DNA from: Rhodothermales bacterium
GTDB taxonomy: Bacteria > Bacteroidota > Rhodothermia > Rhodothermales > VXPQ01
Direction of reading: 5' to 3'
DNA length: 38,101 nucleotides
NCBI GenBank assembly: GCA_040904565.1
Contig: JBBDTI010000024.1
Location: 9,588-47,688 of the forward strand
Shown: piece after piece, positions 20,224 to 28,246 of the stretch
How the letters are laid out: each line of letters begins with the position of its first letter
How positions within the stretch are numbered: the first letter of the stretch is position 1
The notes under the pieces: model-generated
Seen by the model: only the letters and a program-made list of their open reading frames with translations
Told to the model about the DNA's origin: nothing
Database searches by the model: none
Position numbers and translations under genes: made by a program

Positions 20224-20970
20224 ATGCTGCGCAAGGCATACGAACTCTCGCGGCCGCAAAAGCTTTTCGTCGTGTGCGCGGCGATTTTCCTGACCGCCCT
20301 CGTCGTTGCCGAGGCCACGGCGAGCAAGTTCTTTACGGCGTTCGAGCTCCCGTTTACGCTTACGATCTTCGGCGTAGCGTTCGATGCGGTCGTGATGACG
20401 GCCGGCGTTATCGCCTTCCCCATCACGTTTATCGTGACGGATCTTCTGAACGAGTACTATGGCAAGAAGGGGATCCGCTTCGTTACGTTCGTGGGGATGG
20501 CCATGATCGTTTTCGAGTTCGCCATCCTTCAAGTGGCGATGAAGGTCCCGACGGCACCCATCTCGCCGGTGCCCGACGAAGCGTTCAACACGGTGTTCGG
20601 TGCTAGTGGACGTGTGATCCTGGGCAGCCTCACGGCGTATCTCCTCGGGCAGCTGACCGACATTTCCCTTTTTCACTGGCTGCGGAAGCTGACGAAAGGC
20701 CGCATGTTATGGCTTCGCGCAACGGGATCGACCTTCGGCTCCCAGTTCATCGACACGTTCATCGTGCTGACGGTCGCGTTTGCGGGACAGATTCGTTTTC
20801 AGGAAATCATCGCCATCACGCTTTTCAACTACGGCTATAAATTCGTCATCGCCGTGGTGATTACGCCGGTCATCTATCTGGCGCACTGGATGATGGACCT
20901 GTATCTGGGAAGCGAAACCGCCGAAGAAATGATCGACACGGTAGAGGCGCAGGAGCAGATCGCGAGGTAG
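20224..20970 (+). CDS. yhhQ: Queuosine precursor (preQ0/preQ1) transporter, YhhQ/VUT family
   Basis: Multi-TM protein with FPITFIVTDLLNEYYG, GSLTAYLLGQLTDI and LWLRATGSTFGSQFIDT motifs. Confidence 0.88.
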   Translation: MLRKAYELSRPQKLFVVCAAIFLTALVVAEATASKFFTAFELPFTLTIFGVAFDAVVMTAGVIAFPITFIVTDLLNEYYGKKGIRFVTFVGMAMIVFEFAILQVAMKVPTAPISPVPDEAFNTVFGASGRVILGSLTAYLLGQLTDISLFHWLRKLTKGRMLWLRATGSTFGSQFIDTFIVLTVAFAGQIRFQEIIAITLFNYGYKFVIAVVITPVIYLAHWMMDLYLGSETAEEMIDTVEAQEQIAR

Positions 20971-20975
20971 CTTCT

Positions 20976-21072
20976 CAGCAGTTTCCGGACATCGAGTTGC
21001 CGAACGCAGCGCTACCGGACGTGGAGCTACCGGGCCCAGCGCTGCCGGAAGAAGCGCTACCGGAAGAAGCGG
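20976..21072. repeat. Degenerate 15-bp tandem repeat (about 6.5 units) overlapping the DUF2905 stop codon
   Basis: cagcagtttccggac|atcgagttgccgaac|gcagcgctaccggac|gtggagctaccgggc|ccagcgctgccggaa|gaagcgctaccggaa|gaagcgg. Confidence 0.75.
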
Positions 21073-21287
21073 AGGATGACGTTGGCGACGAGCGTGAGGA
21101 GGATGGACACGACGATCATGGTAGCCAGCGGGAAGTAGATCTTCACGTCCCCACGCTCCCAGGCGAAGTCGCCCGGGAGATTGCCGAGCGGCAGGCCGGG
21201 CAGCCGGTCGAGCAGCAGGAGAATGCCGCCTACGATCACCAGCCCGGCGCCGGCGAGTATGAGGAGGCGTCCGATATCAGACATCAC
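21057..21287 (-). CDS. DUF2905 family small membrane protein
   Basis: IGRLLILAG...LGNLPGDF...KIYFPLATMIVVSILLT pattern with two hydrophobic segments. Starts 1 nt after the ilvE stop. Confidence 0.88.
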   Translation of the reverse strand: MMSDIGRLLILAGAGLVIVGGILLLLDRLPGLPLGNLPGDFAWERGDVKIYFPLATMIVVSILLTLVANVILRFFR

Positions 21288-21288
21288 G

Positions 21289-22227
21289 CTACGACGCCTG
21301 CGCTTCCTGCTCCACGTCTTGATCGACGAACGAGAGCCACCCGAACGGATCCTTGCCTGTCTCGAGGATATCGAAGAAGGCCTGCTGCAGCTCTTTGGTG
21401 ATCGGTCCGCGCCGGCCCTCGCCGATCTGGTATTTGTCGACCGTTCGAATCGGTGTCACCTCGGCGGCCGTTCCGGTGAAAAACAGCTCGTCGGCGATGT
21501 AGAGCGCCTCGCGCGGAATGCGCGTCTCGATCACCTCATAGCCCCGGTCGCGGGCCAGCGTCATGATGGCATCGCGCGTGATGCCGGGAAGAATCGATAG
21601 CTCGGTGGACGCCGTGTAAATCGTACCGTCTCGGATCACGAAGAGGTTTTCTCCGCTCCCTTCAGCCACGAAGCCGTCTCTCGAGAGCATGATGCCCTCC
21701 GTATAGCCGTTCAATACGGCATCCATCTTGACGAGCGAGGCATTGAGATAATTGCCGCCCGCTTTGGCCAGTGCCGGATGGGTGTTGGGTGCCATGCGAT
21801 TCCACGAGGCGACGTGCACGTCGACGCCTTCGTTGATGGCCTCCTCTCCCAGATAGGCTCCCCATTCCCAGACGGCGATGACGGTCTCGATCGGATTGTT
21901 GAGCGGGTTGACCCCCATAGGGCCGGCACCGCGAAAGGCGAGGGGCCGGATGTAGCAGGCCTCCAGGCCGCTCTCGCGGATCGTATGCATGACGGCGTCT
22001 TCCAGCTCCTCAAGCGAGTAGGGAATCTCCATCCGATGGATCTTCGCCGAGTCGATCAGCCGCCTCATGTGTTCGCGCAGCCTCAGCACGGCCGGACCCC
22101 GCTCCGTACCGTAGCACCGAACCCCCTCGAAGACGGACGATCCGTAGTGCAGGGCGTGCGAGAGGACGTGAACCGTCGCATCCTCATACGGGACCAGTTT
22201 TCCGTTGAACCAGATGGTGTGCTCCAT
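21289..22227 (-). CDS. ilvE: Branched-chain amino acid aminotransferase
   Basis: From ATG 22227: IWFNGKLV, HALHYGSSVFEG, YIRP, AKAGGNY, EGSGENLF, LPGITR and GTAAEVTPI. The track's upstream 179 codons look spurious. Confidence 0.96.
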   Translation of the reverse strand: MEHTIWFNGKLVPYEDATVHVLSHALHYGSSVFEGVRCYGTERGPAVLRLREHMRRLIDSAKIHRMEIPYSLEELEDAVMHTIRESGLEACYIRPLAFRGAGPMGVNPLNNPIETVIAVWEWGAYLGEEAINEGVDVHVASWNRMAPNTHPALAKAGGNYLNASLVKMDAVLNGYTEGIMLSRDGFVAEGSGENLFVIRDGTIYTASTELSILPGITRDAIMTLARDRGYEVIETRIPREALYIADELFFTGTAAEVTPIRTVDKYQIGEGRRGPITKELQQAFFDILETGKDPFGWLSFVDQDVEQEAQAS

Positions 22228-22381
22228 ATGACTTCGGTCGGGTTTTCGGAGTGCGGGATGGCGATCGACGCCGACGATCTTACGGTGGCGTCGATTGCTG
22301 AAAGAACGAGCACGGTGTTTAAAGGTTCTTGCCGAGGGGCACTTCCGTCTCGAGCAGATCGAGGGGACGCCGCGACCCGCT

Positions 22382-23113
22382 TCATCGTCGCCCCGCTTGC
22401 TCCCGCGATGTCGATGGACGCAGTTCCTCCACTCCGTATCTGGCGATGGTCCATAGAATCTTGGCAGATGCTTTGACGGTGCCGGAGAGGGTCCCCGTAA
22501 CTTTCGACACGCCGACCCGCCGTCGGTAGGAAACGGGGACCTCCCGGATGCGGAGTCCTGCCCGCGCCGCCTTAATCTGCATCTCGATCGTCCACCCGAA
22601 CGTCTTGTCGCGCATTTCCAGTCTCTCCAGCGCGTCGAAGTGGATGGCGCGGAACGGCCCGAGGTCCGTGTATCGGACGCCCCAGATCCACCGCATCGAC
22701 ACGCACGCGACCCGGTTGCCGACGAGCGCCTGTGGAAGCATCGCCCCCGGCTCCCGGTCGCCAAGGATGCGGGAGCCGATCACGAAGTCCGCCTCGTCCT
22801 TCAGAATCGGCTCGACAATTCGCGGCATTTCTTCGGGATGATCGCTGTAATCGCCGTCCAGAAAGACCACGACGTCGACGTCCTGCTCGCGAGCATACGC
22901 GATGCCGCGCAGGCAGGCCCAACCATACCCTTTTCGCTCCTCCCGCAGGACCGTTGCGCCGGCCGAACGAGCATTGCGTTCGGTTTCGTCGGTCGACGCG
23001 TTGTTTACGACCACGACCTCCGTCACCAGTTCGCCGGGGATATCGCCGACGACATGGCCGATAGCCCGTGCCTCGTTGAACGCGGGGATGATAACGAATA
23101 TGCGCGGCGTCAT
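22382..23113 (-). CDS. Glycosyltransferase family 2 (DPM1-like)
   Basis: From ATG 23113: IIPAFNE, VVVNNASTD, GYGWAC, FLDGDYSD, TDLGPFRAI and VPVSYRRRVG. Confidence 0.9.
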   Translation of the reverse strand: MTPRIFVIIPAFNEARAIGHVVGDIPGELVTEVVVVNNASTDETERNARSAGATVLREERKGYGWACLRGIAYAREQDVDVVVFLDGDYSDHPEEMPRIVEPILKDEADFVIGSRILGDREPGAMLPQALVGNRVACVSMRWIWGVRYTDLGPFRAIHFDALERLEMRDKTFGWTIEMQIKAARAGLRIREVPVSYRRRVGVSKVTGTLSGTVKASAKILWTIARYGVEELRPSTSREQAGRR

Positions 23114-23165
23114 GGAAGCTCCTTCTGGTCGAAGAGAATTGGTGGAGGACGTGGGGAGACGGGCT

Positions 23166-24047
23166 TCATGGGCCGGCGTCGAAGCCGATGCGCTCCGCGG
23201 TCGAGTCCGCGATCGACCAGCTCGCCGTGAATTCTCCGACGGATGCAAAAAAACCCTCGCCATTCTCGATGTTGGTTGCGGTCGCCGGCGACAGCCATTC
23301 TCTGCTGAGGGCGCGGACGGTCAATTCCATCCGTTCGAGGATGATCGGTGGCCCGCCGAATCGATCCATCACCTCCTGGCGCACGCGCTCGAAGTCCAGG
23401 TCGTAGGGGACGAAAATTTCGACGCGGTTGCCGGCCGACGAATAGAAGCGCGCGTCGTAGTCGACCTCCACGCGCGCGCCGCGCTGCGGTGATCCGACGT
23501 GAAGGTTGTAGGCGGCGCGAACGCGCGCCGGCTCGGCGATTCCGTCGAACGCCAGTCGTTGGGACACGTCTCCCCCGAATACGCGGGGTGCGTCGATCTC
23601 GATAGCGGGCGCGTCGGGCACGCTGGTGAAGCCTTTCAACGCCCCGGTACCCGAATCCCGGATCTCGATAACGTAGGAAGCCCCGGCAGCCGGACGGAAC
23701 GGCGCGAAAAAGACGTGGTCGCGCCTGGACGCGGCCTCACCGGTGCTCGGGATGCCGCCGGCTGATGAGACGTCGCCGGCGGAGGCGCTCGCTTCCTGCC
23801 ATACCACGATCTCGTGCGTCGAGAGGCGGGTCGTCACGACGCTTCGCGGTACGGGCGTCGAGGCACTGGGCTCCGGCTGACGGAGGGCGGCAATGCGTAC
23901 GAACTGTGTGTCTGCTCCCATGTCGAGATACCCCGTGATCGCAAAGGCATGCGTGCCGTCGTCGACCACCGGGTCGATCGTGTTGTCGCACGCCGTCAGA
24001 AACGCCAGTGCGAGGAGCGGGACGATATGCCAGGGCCGGCTATCCAT
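23166..24047 (-). CDS. Hypothetical lipoprotein partnering the TonB receptor (DUF4249-like)
   Basis: Lipobox LTA-C, AITGYLD near the N terminus and TNIENGEGFFAS near the C terminus. Overlaps the receptor end by 8 nt. Confidence 0.75.
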   Translation of the reverse strand: MDSRPWHIVPLLALAFLTACDNTIDPVVDDGTHAFAITGYLDMGADTQFVRIAALRQPEPSASTPVPRSVVTTRLSTHEIVVWQEASASAGDVSSAGGIPSTGEAASRRDHVFFAPFRPAAGASYVIEIRDSGTGALKGFTSVPDAPAIEIDAPRVFGGDVSQRLAFDGIAEPARVRAAYNLHVGSPQRGARVEVDYDARFYSSAGNRVEIFVPYDLDFERVRQEVMDRFGGPPIILERMELTVRALSREWLSPATATNIENGEGFFASVGEFTASWSIADSTAERIGFDAGP

Positions 24048-26325
24048 CGAGCTGTATCTTCATGCCGACCGTGGGAATGATGGGAAACTGATCGATGCGC
24101 CGATTCAAAAGCAGATCGTAGCTGAAGATATTCGCACGATCGTAGACGTTGACGATGCCCGCATGCACGACGAGGCCCCATCCCTCAAAGTCGAACGAGC
24201 GTTCGGCGGAAACGTCGAGGCGATGGTAGGTGGGCAGCCGCTTCGAGTAGGCTTCTCCAAACGATGCTCTCCGCGGGCCTGCGCCGGAAAGGTGGTCGCG
24301 GTCGTTCGGTTCGGGGACGGGTAGGTCGACGTAGCCGTGTATCGGCGTAAAGGGGAGCCCGGAGCCGATTTGCCATCGCGCGGAGAGCTCGTACGACCCG
24401 AAGGCCAGCTGCGCGACAAGGTTAAGCTGATGGCGTCGATCGTGCGGTGCACTGAACGTATCGTCCGTTTGCTGAACGGACGTGTGAAGTACTCCCTCGT
24501 CGTCCGGTCGCACCCGTTCCCGTTCCCGTTCGAGTCGATACGTGACGGCCGACAGGCTGTAACCTGCATAGAGATAAAGGTGTGACCGAGTCAGCTCGAG
24601 CGTGAGATCGATGCCGCGTGCCGATCCGTCGACCCGCTCCAGTGGGGCGGGGCGACGGAGGGCGCGCTGCTGGACGCCCAGGTCCAACAGGGCAAAAGAC
24701 ACGTTCCGGAGCGAGCGTCGATACAGGTCGACCGACACCGAAAGGTACGGCAGGAGGGCGCGGCTCGTACCCAGGATGACGTGCGACGAGCGGGGTAGTG
24801 GACTGAACCGCGGGTTGGGTACCCATGCGAAGAAGGCGTCCGTCACGTCGCGCTGGTTATTCAGCCCCAAAAGCTGCTGGTGGTATATGCCCAAGGCGCC
24901 CGTGAAGCGCTGCCTGTCGAGAATGCCGCCTGGGGACCACGTTCCGCGAAGACGGGGCTCCACGCTCGTGCCGATTCCGTTGGTGAAGGTCTGGATTCGC
25001 ACGCCGGGTTCCACGTGGAGGCTTTCGACGACATCCCAGGGAACGTACGCATACACTCCGGCTTCCGTCACGTTCTCGGAAACGTCCGCGTCGCGCGTTC
25101 CTAGATTATACGCCATCAGGTGCGTCGACCCGAAAAAGCCGAAGTGCACGTCGAGCCGATCCAGCAAATACCCGACGTGCATCTCGCCGTGGTAGGACGT
25201 GATGTCGCTCGTTCGCTCCTCACCGTCGGACGGAATAAATCGGCTGCTATAGTGCGTGCCGTACGCCTCGATCTCCGTCATGATGGCCGTCTCGGGATGC
25301 AGGTACGTGTAGCGGCCACCTGCCGACGTGTTGATCCACCTTGAAAATCGATCACGCCCCGCCAGGCCGGCAATGTTGCCTTCGTCGAAGCTGTTGAGGA
25401 GCGTCAGGGAGAGGCTGCTCGTCGTGTTGAGATAGGCATGCAGCTTGACGAAACGGTCGCCGAATCGATAGGGAAGCTCCCGGCCGAGGAGGCCCGGGGA
25501 GAGGCGCTCGATGATCGACTCTCGAGCAGACCCGACGAGCGATACGGCACCCGGTACGAAAGGCACGCCGGCGTGGACCGAGGCGAGAAAGGGTGCCATT
25601 GAGATCGCGCCTGTCACGCGCTGCTTATTCCCGTTCCGCGAGCGAACGTCTACGACGGAGCCGATGCGACCACCGTATCGCGCGCCGAACCCGCCGGCGA
25701 AGACATCGGCTCGAGCAACGAGGTCGGAAGGAAAGATCGAATAGAAGCCTACGATGTGAAAGGGTTGGTACACCCGCATTCCATCCAGCAGCACGAGATT
25801 GTGGGCCGGCGTGCCGCCGCGAATGAAGAGCTGTCCACCGCGGTCGCCCGGCGAGACGACGCCCGGACGCGTCAGCAGATACGAGGCCAGGTCGCCGCTC
25901 ACGTCGGGAAGGGGAATGCGCTCGAGGTCGGCGGCATCGATGTGGAAGCGGCCCACGGACTCCGCCGCCGAGGCGTCGGCTTCGACGACGACTTCTTCGA
26001 GATCTTCCGGTGCGGGATCGAGACGGGTGTCGACGGAGACGATCTGCCCGAATGCGACCTCGATCGTTAGCGTGGACGTCACGTAGCCGACGTGACTGGC
26101 AGCGAGTTCGTAGGTACCTGGCGTGATGTTCGTGAACGTGAAGCGCCCCAGCGCGTCGGTTGCCGTGCCTCGTTGCTCACCGATGGATGTGAGCGTCACG
26201 TTGGCATCCGCGAGCGGTTCCGTCGAGCGCGCGTCCACGACGCGCCCGATCACCGAGCCGAACTGCGCACGGGCGCCGTCCGCAGAGCACGCAAGCAACA
26301 GGATGAGTAGGATGCACGTGCGCAC
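24040..26325 (-). CDS. TonB-dependent receptor with N-terminal carboxypeptidase-regulatory-like domain
   Basis: Signal peptide, GRVVDA...EPL..ANV...GTATDALGRF, plug (PGVV, FIRGG, NLVLLDG, GGFGARYGGR), and LPTYHRLDVS/NVYDRAN barrel end. Confidence 0.9.
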   Translation of the reverse strand: MRTCILLILLLACSADGARAQFGSVIGRVVDARSTEPLADANVTLTSIGEQRGTATDALGRFTFTNITPGTYELAASHVGYVTSTLTIEVAFGQIVSVDTRLDPAPEDLEEVVVEADASAAESVGRFHIDAADLERIPLPDVSGDLASYLLTRPGVVSPGDRGGQLFIRGGTPAHNLVLLDGMRVYQPFHIVGFYSIFPSDLVARADVFAGGFGARYGGRIGSVVDVRSRNGNKQRVTGAISMAPFLASVHAGVPFVPGAVSLVGSARESIIERLSPGLLGRELPYRFGDRFVKLHAYLNTTSSLSLTLLNSFDEGNIAGLAGRDRFSRWINTSAGGRYTYLHPETAIMTEIEAYGTHYSSRFIPSDGEERTSDITSYHGEMHVGYLLDRLDVHFGFFGSTHLMAYNLGTRDADVSENVTEAGVYAYVPWDVVESLHVEPGVRIQTFTNGIGTSVEPRLRGTWSPGGILDRQRFTGALGIYHQQLLGLNNQRDVTDAFFAWVPNPRFSPLPRSSHVILGTSRALLPYLSVSVDLYRRSLRNVSFALLDLGVQQRALRRPAPLERVDGSARGIDLTLELTRSHLYLYAGYSLSAVTYRLERERERVRPDDEGVLHTSVQQTDDTFSAPHDRRHQLNLVAQLAFGSYELSARWQIGSGLPFTPIHGYVDLPVPEPNDRDHLSGAGPRRASFGEAYSKRLPTYHRLDVSAERSFDFEGWGLVVHAGIVNVYDRANIFSYDLLLNRRIDQFPIIPTVGMKIQLDG

Positions 26326-26340
26326 CGGGTCGGCCCAGAA

Positions 26341-27903
26341 TCATCCGTAGCGGCTGTAATAGTCGTCGTCTTCGTCGTCCGCATCGTCATCGTCGTCGTC
26401 CGACATCGGTCCGAGTGACGACAGCATCGACCCCATCATATCGTTGTACGTGACCGCTTTTTCGAAGAGCTCCTTGCCGATCAACGAGTTTTGATGGAGG
26501 GCTTCGAGAATGAAACCCATGGTCGAGGCCGTCTCCGCCGGGCTGGACGGATCCATGCGCTCCGTGGCGAGCTCGCGCAGCCCGTCCACGGCATCCAGTG
26601 CGTTAACGTACTCGTCGAACGGCATCTCCGGTTCGATGTCGACCGTGTTGCCTTCCGCAAACCAGGCCAGTACGGGTTGGAACGGCGAACGCCCCTCCTT
26701 CTTGTCAGAAGGATCGGGAAAATACTTCTTAAAGATGGCGTTGACGGCACGGCCGATAAGCAGGCGCGCCACGTTTTGCGCCCCTTCCTGCTCGCCCTCG
26801 TAAACGAGCTCGACCTTTCCCGTCACGGCCGGCTCGATGTGGGCGAGGTCGCTGGTACGCACTGTCGTTTCCGTCTCCTCGTTGAGCAGTGCCCGCCGCT
26901 CGGCGGCCGAAATCATGTCCTCAAGCGCCGCGCGGGTCATGCGGGCGGAGACGCCGGACTTCTGGTCGATGTATTCGCTGGAGCGCGCCTCGAAGGCGAC
27001 CTGTTCTACCATCTCGCGAAAAAAGTGCGGGATGTGTACCTCGACGCCCGGTTCGTCGCCATCGTCCCGATCCTCCCAGGCCTCCTGCCGCGTAATTTCC
27101 ATCCCAACATCCAGCGTACGCGGATAATGGGTGATGATCTGGCTGTCGATCCGGTCTTTGAGCGGCGTAATGATATTGCCGCGATTCGTGTAGTCTTCCG
27201 GATTGGCCGAAAAGACCATCATGACGTCGAGCGGGAAGCGGATGTTGAAGCCGCGGATCTGTATATCCTGCTCCTCCATGATGTTGAGCAGACCGACCTG
27301 AATGCGCGGCTGCAGGTCGGGCAGCTCGTTGATGGCAAAGATGCCGCGGTTCGTCCGCGGAATGATGCCGAAGTGGATGACCTCCTCGTCGGCATACGTG
27401 AGGCGCTGGCTGGCGGCCTTGATCGGATCGATGTCACCGATGAGGTCGGCGATCGTCGTGTCGGGCGTCGCCAGCTTCTCGCCGTAGCGAGCGGATCGAT
27501 GCAGCCATTCGATGGGGGCTTCGTCGCCCGCCTCCTCGACGAGGTCGCGTCCCCGCTTGGAGATCGGTGCGTAGGGATCGTCGTTCAGCTCGGTGCCGGC
27601 GAGGACGGGCACGTATTCATCGAGGAGCGACGGCAGCTGGCGTATGATCCGGCTCTTCGCCTGGCCTCGGAGTCCGAGCAGGATGAGGTCGTGTCGCGCA
27701 AGGATGGCGTTTTCGATTTGAGGAACGACAGTCTGATCGTACCCGATGACCCCCTCGAAGAGATCGTGTCCGGAGCGTAGCGTACGGATCAGGTTACGTC
27801 GCATCTCGTCCTTCACGGAGACGGACCGGTAACCGGATTCGCGCAAAGCTCCCAGCGTGCGAATGTCGGCTCGCTTGCGGACGTGCGTGGCCTGGTCTGC
27901 CAT
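26341..27903 (-). CDS. AAA+ ATPase of the magnesium-chelatase-I-like family with acidic tail
   Basis: From ATG 27903: Walker A GLRGQAKS, variant Walker B FAINELPDL, SANPEDYTNRG and PLKDR. C-terminal Asp run. Confidence 0.88.
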   Translation of the reverse strand: MADQATHVRKRADIRTLGALRESGYRSVSVKDEMRRNLIRTLRSGHDLFEGVIGYDQTVVPQIENAILARHDLILLGLRGQAKSRIIRQLPSLLDEYVPVLAGTELNDDPYAPISKRGRDLVEEAGDEAPIEWLHRSARYGEKLATPDTTIADLIGDIDPIKAASQRLTYADEEVIHFGIIPRTNRGIFAINELPDLQPRIQVGLLNIMEEQDIQIRGFNIRFPLDVMMVFSANPEDYTNRGNIITPLKDRIDSQIITHYPRTLDVGMEITRQEAWEDRDDGDEPGVEVHIPHFFREMVEQVAFEARSSEYIDQKSGVSARMTRAALEDMISAAERRALLNEETETTVRTSDLAHIEPAVTGKVELVYEGEQEGAQNVARLLIGRAVNAIFKKYFPDPSDKKEGRSPFQPVLAWFAEGNTVDIEPEMPFDEYVNALDAVDGLRELATERMDPSSPAETASTMGFILEALHQNSLIGKELFEKAVTYNDMMGSMLSSLGPMSDDDDDDADDEDDDYYSRYG

Positions 27904-28056
27904 ACTCAATCTTTTTCGTTTCGAGAAGGGAGGATCTACCACGCGGGCACTACGGTGCTGTTCCCTATCCGGCCCTTGCCAGGCCCCGGCGCAGACGACG
28001 GGTTCTCGCGCCGCAACCCGTCCTTTAGAAGTCCGCCGGGGAATCGAATATCCACA

Positions 28057-28246
28057 AGGCCGGCAGAGAAACTGTGCAGATCAAGGCGCGCGACAAGCCG
28101 AGAAACGAGCTCGCACCGCGCTCGAACATTGCTAGCTTCATTCGTGAGCGACTAACGGAGCGCAGCGGAGTAATGAGGCGTACTCATGTACGCCGCAGTG
28201 ATCGGCGCGGAGTGCAACGCAGAGCTGCGCAGTTTATCAACGGCCT
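28057..28246. mobile_element. MITE-like non-coding element (about 190 bp) with imperfect terminal inverted repeats
   Basis: Left end AGGCCGgcaGAgAAACTGtGCAG versus the reverse complement of the right end AGGCCGttGAtAAACTGcGCAG. Internal hairpin GGCGTAC-tcat-GTACGCC (28177-28194). A related copy lies at 36597-36639. Confidence 0.7.

Noticed and set aside
20976-21072. CRISPR array, or pyrrolysine-type TAG readthrough of DUF2905
   Set aside because: The units are contiguous 15-mers with no spacers and no cas genes nearby. DUF2905 ends at a normal length and no pyl genes are in view.
22261-22298. Hairpin in the ilvE leader as an attenuator or T-box
   Set aside because: The stem is real, but there is no U-tail, no leader peptide rich in Ile/Leu/Val codons and no T-box motif.
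22228-22764. Long N-terminal extension of IlvE in the ORF track (likewise for rnc, GT2 and the AAA+ ATPase)
   Set aside because: The extension is Arg/Ser/Gly-rich and overlaps the GT2 gene, and family homology starts at the internal Met. This is a GC-rich open-frame artefact.
26491-27780. Long antisense ORFs (e.g. 26491-27780 +, 11715-12833 -, 17639-18697 -, 3148-4080 -, 13724-14671 -)
   Set aside because: They are shadows of well-supported genes on the opposite strand, expected from high-GC codon bias, and carry no recognisable motifs.
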